Source of the DNA: Solirubrobacteraceae bacterium
Lineage (GTDB): Bacteria; Actinomycetota; Thermoleophilia; Solirubrobacterales; Solirubrobacteraceae
Reading direction: 5' to 3'
Assembly (NCBI GenBank): GCA_035553395.1
Contig: DASZKP010000068.1
Location: forward strand, 2,219-66,218
DNA: 64,000 bases
A model generated the notes under the pieces. The model had not been told where the DNA came from and made no database searches. It saw nothing but the letters and a program-made list of their open reading frames with translations. Of this stretch, positions 1 through 8,314 are shown in pieces. A program made the position numbers and the translations under genes. The stretch's first letter is position 1. Each line of letters starts with the position of its first letter.

Positions 1-551
1 GCACGCAGATGGTCGCCAAGGGCCACGACTTCGACGGCGTCGGGCTGGCCGTCGTGCTCGACGCCGACGCGACCCTCCGGTTCCCGGACTTCCGCTCGGA
101 GGAGCGGACGTTCGCCCTCGTCGCCCAGCTCGCCGGCCGGGCCGGGCGGGGGCCGGGGGGGACCGGACGGGTCCTCGTGCAGACGCTCGACCCCCGGGCG
201 TCGAGCATCGCCTTCGCGGCCGACCACGACAGCGACGGCTTCCTGGCGGCCGAGCTCGGCCGCCGGCAGGCGCTCGGCTACCCGCCGTACGGCGAGCTGA
301 TCCGGATCGTCTGCTCGTCGGAGTCGCCCGACGCGCCGATGTCCGCGGCCCGCACGCTTCGCGCCGACCTCGACATTCCCGGCGCCGTGCTGCTCGGCCC
401 GGCCCCCCTGTTTCGCCTCCGCGGCCGCGACCGGGCCCAGCTCGTCGTCAAGGGCGGCGAGCGGCGCGCGGCGGTCGCCGCGGTCGGCGGCGCGGTCGAC
501 CGGCTCGGCCGGCGGGACGTCGCGATCAGCGTCGACGTCGACCCCCAGTAG
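1..551 (+). CDS. priA: primosomal protein N' (PriA), C-terminal fragment; 5' end outside the window
   Basis: ORF 9..551 translation (GHDFDGVGLAVVLDAD...ALGYPPYGELIRI) looks like the PriA helicase-C/C-terminal region. It sits in the classic priA-def-fmt order. Confidence 0.8.
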   Translation, partial: TQMVAKGHDFDGVGLAVVLDADATLRFPDFRSEERTFALVAQLAGRAGRGPGGTGRVLVQTLDPRASSIAFAADHDSDGFLAAELGRRQALGYPPYGELIRIVCSSESPDAPMSAARTLRADLDIPGAVLLGPAPLFRLRGRDRAQLVVKGGERRAAVAAVGGAVDRLGRRDVAISVDVDPQ

Positions 552-566
552 GCGACCGACCGCCTC

Positions 567-572
567 TAGACT
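567..572 (+). promoter_or_regulatory. -10-like box TAGACT, 7 nt upstream of the def ATG (leaderless geometry)
   Basis: TAGACT at 567-572, ATG at 580, no Shine-Dalgarno sequence in between. Confidence 0.4.
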
Positions 573-579
573 GGGACCA

Positions 580-1323
580 ATGACCAGTGACGCCGCACAG
601 GCCGCCGAAGCCGAGCTCGACGACGACGCTCCGGCCACCGGCGACCCCCAGGCCCCGCAGCGCGACCCCCGGCCCGCGCACGACGGCGCGCAGGATGCGG
701 AGCACGACCCGCAGGCAGCGCAGGACGAATCGCGGGCCGGGGAGGACGATCCGCAGGCCGGGGAGGACGAACCGCCGGTCCCGGAGCACGACGCGGAAGC
801 CCTGCGTCGGCGGGCCGAAGCCCTCCGTTACGTCCGCAAGCTCGGCGACCCGGCACTCCGGGCAAAGGCGATCCCGGTCGACCGGTTCGACGAGGACCTC
901 CGCGTGGAGGTCGCGAGGATGGGCGAGCTGATGGACGCGGCGATGGGCGTCGGCCTGGCGGCGACCCAGCTCGGCGTCCTCCACAGGGTGTTGGTCTACA
1001 GGGTCGAGCACGACAGCCCGGTCGTCGCCCTGGTCAACCCGACGCTCGAATGGGCCGGGCGGGAGCAGGAGACGATCGAGGAGGGGTGCCTCAGCCTGCC
1101 GGGGGTCAACGTCGACGTCGAGCGGGCCGTCCACCTGCGGGTCGGCGCGCGCAACGAGCACGGCGAGCCGATCACGGTCGAGGCGTCCGGCCTTGAGGCC
1201 CGGGTGATCGCCCACGAGATGGACCACCTCGACGGGGTCCTGATCCTCGACCGGACGACCCGCGAACAGCGAAGGGAGGCGATGCGCAAGATGCGCGAAG
1301 CCCAGGCCGGGAGCGCTCCATAG
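580..1323 (+). CDS. def: peptide deformylase with an ~80 aa acidic N-terminal extension
   Basis: Motifs GVGLAATQLG, EGCLSLPG and HEMDHLDG are present in the translation. Confidence 0.9.
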   Translation: MTSDAAQAAEAELDDDAPATGDPQAPQRDPRPAHDGAQDAEHDPQAAQDESRAGEDDPQAGEDEPPVPEHDAEALRRRAEALRYVRKLGDPALRAKAIPVDRFDEDLRVEVARMGELMDAAMGVGLAATQLGVLHRVLVYRVEHDSPVVALVNPTLEWAGREQETIEEGCLSLPGVNVDVERAVHLRVGARNEHGEPITVEASGLEARVIAHEMDHLDGVLILDRTTREQRREAMRKMREAQAGSAP

Positions 1324-2240
1324 CGACCGTCTTCATCGGGACGTCGCCGTTCGCCGTAACCGTCCTCGAGCAACTCGCAGCCACGCCGCACCGCCCGGCC
1401 CTGGTGATCACCCGGCCCGACCGCCCGCGTGGCCGGGGCCGCCGGCCGGCGCCGCCGCCGGTCGCACGGGCTGCCGCCGAGCTCGGCCTCGACCTGCTCC
1501 AGCCCGAGCGCCTGGGCGACGCGGCCGACGAGATCGCCGGCGTCCAACCGGCGATCGTCTGCGTCTGCGCGTACGGCGCGCTCGTCCGCGAGCCGCTGCT
1601 GTCGACGTACGAGATCCTCAACGTCCACCCGTCGCTCCTGCCCCGCTGGCGGGGGGCCGCGCCGATCGAGCGGGCGATCATCGCCGGCGACACGCAGACC
1701 GGCGTGTCGATCATCCGCCTGACGGCAGGCCTCGACAGCGGACCGATCGCCGTGCAGGAGGCCGAGCCGATCGCGCCGGACGACACCTACGGAACCCTGT
1801 CGGCCCGCCTCGCCGAGCTCGGGTCACGCCTCCTGATCGGAGTGCTCGACGGCCCGCGGACGTACGTCGAGCAGACCGACGACGGCCTCACGTACGCCGA
1901 GAAGATCACGCCGGCCGACCGCGTGCTCGACCCGGCTCGACCAGCCGCCGAGCTCGCCCGGATCGTCCGCGCGCTGGATCCGCACATCGGGTCGCGGATC
2001 GAGGTCCCGATTCTGGCCGGTGGTCTCGGCGTGCAGGCGGCGGGCGTGGTCGCCGCCGGCCGGGGTTCGGGCACGGCCGAGCCGAGTCGGGTCGACGCTC
2101 CCGCCGAGGGGGAGCTCGCCGTCCGCGACGGGCGGCTGCTCTACGGGACCAGCGACGGCGCGCTCGAGCTGCTCCGCGTCCAACCGCCGGGCGGGCGTGG
2201 GATGACCGCGGCCGACTACCTCCGCGGCCATGCCCTCTGA
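1320..2240 (+). CDS. fmt: methionyl-tRNA formyltransferase; start uncertain (no canonical start upstream of 1404)
   Basis: The in-frame translation from ~1323 reads ATVFIGTSPFAVTVLEQL...ITRPDRPRGRGRR, typical of the Fmt N-terminus. The tracked ORF only starts at GTG 1404. The sole near-cognate codon is ATA 1320, which overlaps the def TAG. Confidence 0.85.
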   Translation: MATVFIGTSPFAVTVLEQLAATPHRPALVITRPDRPRGRGRRPAPPPVARAAAELGLDLLQPERLGDAADEIAGVQPAIVCVCAYGALVREPLLSTYEILNVHPSLLPRWRGAAPIERAIIAGDTQTGVSIIRLTAGLDSGPIAVQEAEPIAPDDTYGTLSARLAELGSRLLIGVLDGPRTYVEQTDDGLTYAEKITPADRVLDPARPAAELARIVRALDPHIGSRIEVPILAGGLGVQAAGVVAAGRGSGTAEPSRVDAPAEGELAVRDGRLLYGTSDGALELLRVQPPGGRGMTAADYLRGHAL

Positions 2241-2340
2241 GCCCGGTGGCCATGCCGTCTGAGACCCGATCGGCCCGTGGCCAAGGCGTCTGAGACCCGA
2301 TCGGCCCGTGGCCATGGCGTCTGAGACCCGGTCGACCCGC
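2226..2340 (+). repeat. 31-nt tandem repeat (~3.5 copies) containing the fmt stop codon and reaching the rsmB start
   Basis: Copies are ggccatgccctctgagcccggt, ggccatgccgtctgagacccgatcggcccgt, ggccaaggcgtctgagacccgatcggcccgt and ggccatggcgtctgagacccggtcgacccgc. Confidence 0.85.
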
Positions 2341-3660
2341 GGCCGGCCGGTGGCCAGGTCGACGGGAGGGACGGCGTCGGCGGCGCGGGCGTGCGCGCTG
2401 AGTGTCGTGCGGCGGACATTCGAGGACGGGGCGTACACCGACCGGGCGATGCACGCGGCCTCCCGCGGTCTGGATCCCCGCGACCGGGCGCTGGCGATGC
2501 GGCTGGCCTACGGGGCGGTCCAGCGGCGGGCGACGCTCGACCACGTGATCGAGCGGTTCACCGATCGTCCCGCCGACGCCCTCGACCCGCCGCTGCGGGC
2601 ATCGCTGCGGGTCGGCCTTTACGAGCTGCTGTGGCTTGAGACCGCGGCCCACGCCGTCGTCCACGACACGGTCGAGCTGGCCAAGGGGTCGCGGGGGCAC
2701 GGGCTGGCGAACGCCGTGATGCGGCGTGCGACACGCGAGGGTTCCGGCCTGGTCGCCGGCCTCGACGACACGACGCCGGCCGCCGCGGCGATCGCCCACT
2801 CGATGCCCGAGTGGATCGTCGAGTTGTGGTGGGAGACGCTCGGAGCGCAGGCCGCCCGAGTCCTCCTGGGCCGATGCAACGAGCCGGCCGAGCACGCTCT
2901 ACGCGCGAACATGATGATCACCGATGCAGACGGTCTCGCGGCTGCCCTGCCGGTTGCCGCGAGCGTGCCGGGGGACCCGCGGGAGGCCGTGATCGCGCTC
3001 GAGCGCTTCGATGCCCACTCGTCGCAGCTGTGGCGCGACGGGGCGTTCATGCCGCAGTCGCGGGCGGCGATGCTCGTCGCCCACGTCGTCGATCCCCAGC
3101 CGGGCGAGCGGATCCTCGACCTGTGCGCGGCGCCCGGCGGCAAGACGACCCACCTCGCGGCGCTGGCCGGGCCGACCGGCGAGGTCGTCGCGGTCGAGCG
3201 CCACGCCGGCCGGGCCCGCGCGCTGGTGAGGACTGCGGAGCGGATGCACGCGTCGAACGTCACGGTCGTCGTCGGCGACGCCGGCCACCCGCGGGACGGG
3301 TTCGACCGGGTCCTGCTCGACCCGCCGTGCTCGGGGCTGGGGACGCTCCAGTCGCGGCCGGACCTGCGGTGGCGGGCGACCCCCGAGTCGGTCGTCGGGC
3401 TCGCCGGCGAGCAGGCCAGGCTATTGTCCGTGGCGGCCGGGGCCGTTGGTCGGGGTGGGACGCTCGTCTACTCGACATGCACGATCTCGCCGGCCGAGAA
3501 CGAACGTCAGATCGATGCCTTCCTCGATGATCACGCGGATTTCACGCCGGTCGATCTCCGGTCGAGGTTTCCGGCCTGGGCGAGTGGTCCGGCGGTCCTC
3601 GCGCTGCCGCATGTCCACGGGACCGACGGCTTCTTCATCGCCGCGCTGCGCCGTGCCTAG
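2308..3660 (+). CDS. rsmB: 16S rRNA (cytosine967-C5)-methyltransferase RsmB/Sun
   Basis: NusB-like N-terminal region plus DLCAAPGGKT, DRVLLDPPCSGLGT and YSTCT motifs. The exact start (GTG 2308 or ATG 2314) lies inside the repeat. Confidence 0.85.
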   Translation: MAMASETRSTRGRPVARSTGGTASAARACALSVVRRTFEDGAYTDRAMHAASRGLDPRDRALAMRLAYGAVQRRATLDHVIERFTDRPADALDPPLRASLRVGLYELLWLETAAHAVVHDTVELAKGSRGHGLANAVMRRATREGSGLVAGLDDTTPAAAAIAHSMPEWIVELWWETLGAQAARVLLGRCNEPAEHALRANMMITDADGLAAALPVAASVPGDPREAVIALERFDAHSSQLWRDGAFMPQSRAAMLVAHVVDPQPGERILDLCAAPGGKTTHLAALAGPTGEVVAVERHAGRARALVRTAERMHASNVTVVVGDAGHPRDGFDRVLLDPPCSGLGTLQSRPDLRWRATPESVVGLAGEQARLLSVAAGAVGRGGTLVYSTCTISPAENERQIDAFLDDHADFTPVDLRSRFPAWASGPAVLALPHVHGTDGFFIAALRRA

Positions 3661-3696
3661 GCTGTCCCGGTCGGCCGGTCCGGTCGGAGGACTGGA

Positions 3697-3930
3697 GTGG
3701 GGGCCGTGAGCAAGCCGGTCGATCTGGGTCCGCGGTGCCCGAACTGCACCGAGCCGTGGCTGCGGCCGACGAACCTGCCGGGCCGGTACCGGTGCGTCTA
3801 CTGCCTGCACAGGTTCGAGCTCGTGTCGCTGTGCCCGAACTGCGGCGAGCACCAGACGATGGTCCGGATGACGAACTCGGCGGTCGCGATCTGCAACAAG
3901 TGCGGTGCGGACATGCTGGTCCCGATCTAG
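3697..3930 (+). CDS. small zinc-ribbon protein (four CxxC pairs), function unknown
   Basis: CPNC...CVYC...CPNC...CNKC in 77 aa; GGAGGA lies 5 nt upstream of GTG 3697. Confidence 0.5.
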   Translation: MGAVSKPVDLGPRCPNCTEPWLRPTNLPGRYRCVYCLHRFELVSLCPNCGEHQTMVRMTNSAVAICNKCGADMLVPI

Positions 3931-4011
3931 GCGTCGGGTTGCGACATGTCCGATCCGCCGGCATCCCGGGCGACGCGGCGGACTCGGCGGTCGCGAGCTA
4001 GAATTCGGTCG

Positions 4012-4695
4012 ATGAGCCTCCCCACCCAACCCCTAGTCGCTCCGTCGGTCCTGGCTTCCGACCACGGCCGGATCCGCGAGCAGGCCGCAGAGATCGTCGC
4101 CGCGGGGGCGACGGTCATCCACATCGACGTGATGGACGGGCATTTCGTCCCGCCGCTGACGTTCGGACCCGGCATCGTCGCGTCGCTCTCGGAGCTCGGC
4201 GTCCTGCTCGACGTCCACCTGATGATCGAGCGGCCCGAGCGGCAGATCGCGGAGTTCGCGAAGGCCGGGGCGAACGTGATCACGATCCACGCGGAGGCGA
4301 CTCCCCACCTCGACTACACGCTCGACCTGATCCGCCAGGCCGGCGTCTACGCGGGCCTCGCGGTCTGCCCGGGAACGCCGCTCGAGGTCTTCTCCGAGCT
4401 GACCGACAAGGTCGATCTCGCCCTGTGCATGACGGTCAACCCCGGGTGGGGCGGACAGAAGTTCATCAAGGCGTCGCTGGCCAAGCTCGAGCGGCTGGCG
4501 CCGCTGCTGGGCGAGGGTGTGGTGATCGAGGTCGACGGAGGCGTCGACGTCACGACCGCGGGCCCGTGCGCCGCGCGCGGGGCGAGCCTGTTCGTCGCCG
4601 GCAACGCGATCTTCAGCGCGCCGGACCCGGCCGAGGCGTACGCGGAGATCAACGCCGCAGCCCTCGCCGGCTTCGCCGCTCCCGTCCACTCGTAG
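4012..4695 (+). CDS. rpe: ribulose-phosphate 3-epimerase
   Basis: APSVLASD...HIDVMDGHFVPPLTFG...HLM...VNPGWGGQKF; ATG 4012 chosen as the start within ORF 3946..4695. Confidence 0.9.
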   Translation: MSLPTQPLVAPSVLASDHGRIREQAAEIVAAGATVIHIDVMDGHFVPPLTFGPGIVASLSELGVLLDVHLMIERPERQIAEFAKAGANVITIHAEATPHLDYTLDLIRQAGVYAGLAVCPGTPLEVFSELTDKVDLALCMTVNPGWGGQKFIKASLAKLERLAPLLGEGVVIEVDGGVDVTTAGPCAARGASLFVAGNAIFSAPDPAEAYAEINAAALAGFAAPVHS

Positions 4696-4738
4696 GACGG
4701 CCGCGGCGCCACCGGACCCGTCCGCTCGTAGGACGGCC
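4681..4738 (+). terminator. two tandem hairpins (CCGTCC-N7-GGACGG); the first carries the rpe TAG in its loop
   Basis: cccgtccactcgtaggacggcc at 4681-4702 and cccgtccgctcgtaggacggcc at 4717-4738, in a convergent gap. Confidence 0.4.
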
Positions 4739-4746
4739 CGCCGGCC

Positions 4747-5316
4747 CTAGGTCCGGGCGGGGGCGCGCAGGTAGCGGAGGTAGACGACCCGACCGGCGAA
4801 CGTCCGCGTCTCGACCAGCTCGAGGTCGATCGGCTGGGCCAGCGGCGGGAAGTACGGCGTCCCGCCGCCGAGGACGACCGGACTGACGAAGAGGCGGAAC
4901 TCGTCGACCAGGCCGAGCTGTATGCACTGGGCGGCGAGGCTCGGCCCGCCCACCTCGATGTCCGCGCCCGGCTCGGCCTTCAGGCGGGCGACCTCGTCGG
5001 CGAGGCCGGCGGTCGCGAGACGGGCGTTGCCCTCGACGCGGTCGAGCGTGGTCGAGAAGACGAGCTTGGGGAGTTCCTGCCAGATTCGGGCGAACTCGAG
5101 CTCGAAGTCCGACTGGCCGGGCCGGGTGTCGGCCGTCTCCCAGTAGACCATCGTCTCGTAGAGCCGCCGACCGCACAGGTGGACGCCGATCTCGCGGGTC
5201 ATCCGATTGTGGAAGCGGTGGAGCTCCTCGTCCGGCGCCGACCAGTCGATCTCGCCGTCGGAGCCGGCGACGAATCCGTCGACCGAGACTCCCATCGAGA
5301 AGATCAGGTTGCGCAT
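4747..5316 (-). CDS. dihydrofolate reductase family protein (RibD C-terminal-like domain)
   Basis: MRNLIFSMGVSVDGFVAGSDGEIDWS...LVDEFRLFVSPVVLGGGTPYF; internal ATG 5316 chosen as the start. Confidence 0.8.
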   Translation of the reverse strand: MRNLIFSMGVSVDGFVAGSDGEIDWSAPDEELHRFHNRMTREIGVHLCGRRLYETMVYWETADTRPGQSDFELEFARIWQELPKLVFSTTLDRVEGNARLATAGLADEVARLKAEPGADIEVGGPSLAAQCIQLGLVDEFRLFVSPVVLGGGTPYFPPLAQPIDLELVETRTFAGRVVYLRYLRAPART

Positions 5317-5475
5317 TTGGCTGCCGGCCGAGGCGGGCGGCGACGTGGTGGGGATTCGCGGGAGGCGGACGGCCGACCCCTCGCCGGTGACGATAGCGGT
5401 CCGGTCGGAGACGACGGGGTCGATGCGCCGCGGTCGATCCCGCGGGAGCGAGGCGCCGGCGTTGTATGGCCGCAC

Positions 5476-5505
5476 TTGACAGGCAGCCGTCGGGCTGCGT
5501 ATTAT
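5476..5505 (+). promoter_or_regulatory. candidate promoter TTGACA-N18-TATTAT with embedded palindrome GCAGCC-GTCG-GGCTGC (possible ArsR operator)
   Basis: TTGACA 5476-5481, palindrome 5483-5498, TATTAT 5500-5505, ATG at 5517. An AT-rich island in GC-rich DNA. Confidence 0.5.
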
Positions 5506-5516
5506 AAAGCAGCCAG

Positions 5517-6389
5517 ATGACTGCCTATTCGTACATGGACGAGATCTTCAGGGCGCTGGCCGATCCGAGCCGGCGGGTGCTGCTCGACAGCCTGAACGAG
5601 CGCAACGGCCAGACGCTGCGCGAGCTCGGCTCGGGGCTGGCGATGGCCCGCCAGTCGGTGAGCAAGCACCTTGCGGTGCTCGAGGCCGCCAATCTCGTCA
5701 CAACCGTTCGCCGCGGCCGGGAGAAGCACCACTACCTCAACGCGGCGCCCATCAACGAGATCGCCGAACGCTGGATCACGCGGTATGAGCAGGACCGCGT
5801 CCACGCGCTCGCAGATCTCAAGAGAGCATTGGAGGACACCCCGATGGACAAGCCGTCGTTCGTCTACACGACCTACATCCAGACGACGCCGCAGCGGCTC
5901 TGGCAGGCGTTGACCGAGCCGGCGTTCACCGAGCGCTACTGGGCGATTGCGTTCGACTCCGACTGGAAGCCCGGCTCGAGCATGACCTGGCATACGCGGG
6001 GCCTTGAGATCGCCGACCCAGGGCAGGTCGTGGTCGAGTCCGAGCCGTACCGCCGGCTCTCCTACACGTGGCACACGTTCACCCGCGAATGGGCCGAGTC
6101 GCTCGAGCTCAGCGAGGATGCCCGCGGCCGCCTGGCCGCCGAGTCGCGCTCGAAGGTCACCTTCGAGATCGAGCCGCTCGGCGACCAGGTCAGGCTGACC
6201 GTGATCCACGACGACCTCGAGCCCGGCGGCGTGACCGGCTCGCTGATCAGCCAGGGCTGGCCGCGCGTCATGGCCAACCTCAAGACGCTGCTGGAGACAG
6301 GCGACACGCTCCCGGACCTACAGCCGAACACGCCGGCCCGTCTCGGGCTGACGAAGGACGACCGCAACCACGAGGAGACATCGACATGA
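5517..6389 (+). CDS. ArsR-family HTH regulator fused to an SRPBCC/AHSA1-like domain
   Basis: LADPSRRVLLDSL...LAMARQSVSKHLAVLEAANLV (ArsR HTH), then FVYTTYIQTTPQRLWQALTEP (SRPBCC-like). Confidence 0.85.
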   Translation: MTAYSYMDEIFRALADPSRRVLLDSLNERNGQTLRELGSGLAMARQSVSKHLAVLEAANLVTTVRRGREKHHYLNAAPINEIAERWITRYEQDRVHALADLKRALEDTPMDKPSFVYTTYIQTTPQRLWQALTEPAFTERYWAIAFDSDWKPGSSMTWHTRGLEIADPGQVVVESEPYRRLSYTWHTFTREWAESLELSEDARGRLAAESRSKVTFEIEPLGDQVRLTVIHDDLEPGGVTGSLISQGWPRVMANLKTLLETGDTLPDLQPNTPARLGLTKDDRNHEETST

Positions 6390-7147
6390 CCACCCACACC
6401 ACCGCCGGCCGCGCCCAGTGGCTCGCCGCCCGCCTCGAGCTGCTCGAGGCCGAGAAGGAGCTGACCCGCCGCAGCGACGACGTGGCCCGCCAGCGCCAGC
6501 AGCTGCCGTGGGTCCCCGTCGAGAAGGAGTACCGCTTCGAGACCGAAGCCGGCGCCGTGTCGCTGGCCGACCTCTTCGGTGGGCGCTCGCAGCTCCTCGT
6601 CTACCACTTCATGTTCGGACCCGACTACACCGGAGGCTGCCCGTCGTGCTCGGCGATCGCCGACGGCTTCAACGGCGTCGCCGTCCACCTGGAGAACCAC
6701 GACGTCGGGATGATCGCGGTGTCGCGCGCGCCGATCGCCGCGCTCGCGGCCTACAAGCGACGGATGGGTTGGACCTTCCCGTGGGCGTCGTCGCTGGACA
6801 CGGACTTCAACTTCGACTTCAACACCTCGTTCACCGAGGACGAGCAGCGCTCGGGGACGATCGACTACAACTACCGCCCGACCGACACGACGTGGCTTCG
6901 GGAGGCGGGCGTTGACGGCGTCGCCGCCAAGCACGCGGCGACGACCGGGACCGACACGGCCACATACCTCCGCGAGCACCCCGGGATGAGCGCCTTCGCG
7001 CTCGAGGACGGAGCCGTCTACCACACGTACTCGGCCTACGCGCGCGGCCTGGACGGGCTGTGGGGCATGTACCAGTGGCTGGACCGGGCGCCGAAGGGGC
7101 GCAACGAGACCGGGGCGTGGTTTCGCCGGCGAGACGAGTATCGCTAG
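6386..7147 (+). CDS. DUF899 thioredoxin-like family protein
   Basis: WLAARLELLEAEKELTRRSD...LPWVPVEKEYRFE...LLVYHFMFGPDY..CPSCS. The ATGA overlaps the upstream stop. Confidence 0.85.
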   Translation: MTTHTTAGRAQWLAARLELLEAEKELTRRSDDVARQRQQLPWVPVEKEYRFETEAGAVSLADLFGGRSQLLVYHFMFGPDYTGGCPSCSAIADGFNGVAVHLENHDVGMIAVSRAPIAALAAYKRRMGWTFPWASSLDTDFNFDFNTSFTEDEQRSGTIDYNYRPTDTTWLREAGVDGVAAKHAATTGTDTATYLREHPGMSAFALEDGAVYHTYSAYARGLDGLWGMYQWLDRAPKGRNETGAWFRRRDEYR

Positions 7148-7320
7148 GTAGAGCGCCCCTGGCGAAGCCGGCGAGCGCCCGAGATCGCCGAATTCGGGGT
7201 GACGCCCCGGCCATGCGGGACCCCTCTGACCGGACCTCGGCGCCCCGGGCGCCGTCGCCGGCATCGCGCCCGTCCCCGTGCTGCCGTACCTTCGGTGCGG
7301 GTGGACACGAGAGGAGTCGC

Positions 7321-8223
7321 ATGTTCCGCAACGTCATGATCGGAGTCGACGGCCGGCAGAGCGGGCGTGACGCGATCGCACTCGCCCGGGCGCTTGCCGA
7401 CCCGGCGGCCCGCCTGAGCCTCGCCCACATCTATGTCGGTGGGTCGCCCGGTGGCGTCGGCAGGCGCCTGGTCCATACGTCCGACCACGGCTGGCGCGAG
7501 GGTTCGCTCCGGCTGCTCGAGGCCGAGCGCCAGACGGCCGGCATCGACGCCGAGCTGATCGCCGTCGCCGCCCGGTCCGTCGGCCATGGCCTCCACCGGC
7601 TCGCCGACGACACGCCGGCCGACCTGCTCGTCGTCGGCTCGTCCAGGCAGGGCCGCGAAGGCCACGTGCTGATCGACGACGACGCCCTCGCATCGCTCAA
7701 CGGCGCGCCGTCCGCCGTCGGGATCGCCCCCCAGCGCGCCGCAGGCGGTTGCGCCGCGGTCGGGAAGGTCGGCATCGGCTACGACTTCACCGACGAGGGC
7801 CACGTCGCGCTCCTTGTCGCGCGGGCCATCGCCGACCGCCACGGCGCCTCCCTGCGCGCACTCCATGTCCTCGCACCGCCGGTCGCCGGCTTCGCGTCGC
7901 CGACCCCGGGTCGCCGCGCTGACGTGTTGGAGGAGGAGCGCCGGCGGGCTGCCGAGCATGTGCGCGCGCTCGAGGACGTCGACGCCGCCGCGGTCCACGG
8001 CGCCCCCTTCGAAGAGCTCGCGGCGTTCGCCGACCGAGTCGACCTGCTCGTCGTCGGCTCCGGCAGCTACGGCCCGCCCGGGCGCCTGGTCCTCGGGAGC
8101 ATCGCCAGGCACCTCACGCGAGACGCGACCTGTTCGCTGCTGCTGGTCCCACGAGCCGGGACTGCCGTCGACCCGTCGCAGCGACGCGAGTCCGGGCCGC
8201 CCCCGGAGGCCGACAGGTCCTAG
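7321..8223 (+). CDS. universal stress protein (tandem USP domains)
   Basis: MFRNVMIGVDGRQSGRDAIALA...DLLVVGS (this pattern occurs twice); GAGAGGAG SD upstream of ATG 7321. Confidence 0.85.
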   Translation: MFRNVMIGVDGRQSGRDAIALARALADPAARLSLAHIYVGGSPGGVGRRLVHTSDHGWREGSLRLLEAERQTAGIDAELIAVAARSVGHGLHRLADDTPADLLVVGSSRQGREGHVLIDDDALASLNGAPSAVGIAPQRAAGGCAAVGKVGIGYDFTDEGHVALLVARAIADRHGASLRALHVLAPPVAGFASPTPGRRADVLEEERRRAAEHVRALEDVDAAAVHGAPFEELAAFADRVDLLVVGSGSYGPPGRLVLGSIARHLTRDATCSLLLVPRAGTAVDPSQRRESGPPPEADRS

Positions 8224-8314
8224 CCCGCTCGCCGCCGCCCGCCCGCCCGCCGCGGCCGCCACCGTCGTCGGCGGTCGACTCGATCGCCGGCCGCCGTCGA
8301 CCCGGATCGCCGCT

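Noticed and set aside
6068-6385. Upstream extensions of ORFs 6068..7147, 7060..8223, 10956..13076, 30159..32819 and 51515..52252.
   Set aside because: The extended parts overlap well-supported neighbouring genes and are low-complexity. Internal starts with SD, leaderless or overlap-coupling signals give proteins of family-typical length.
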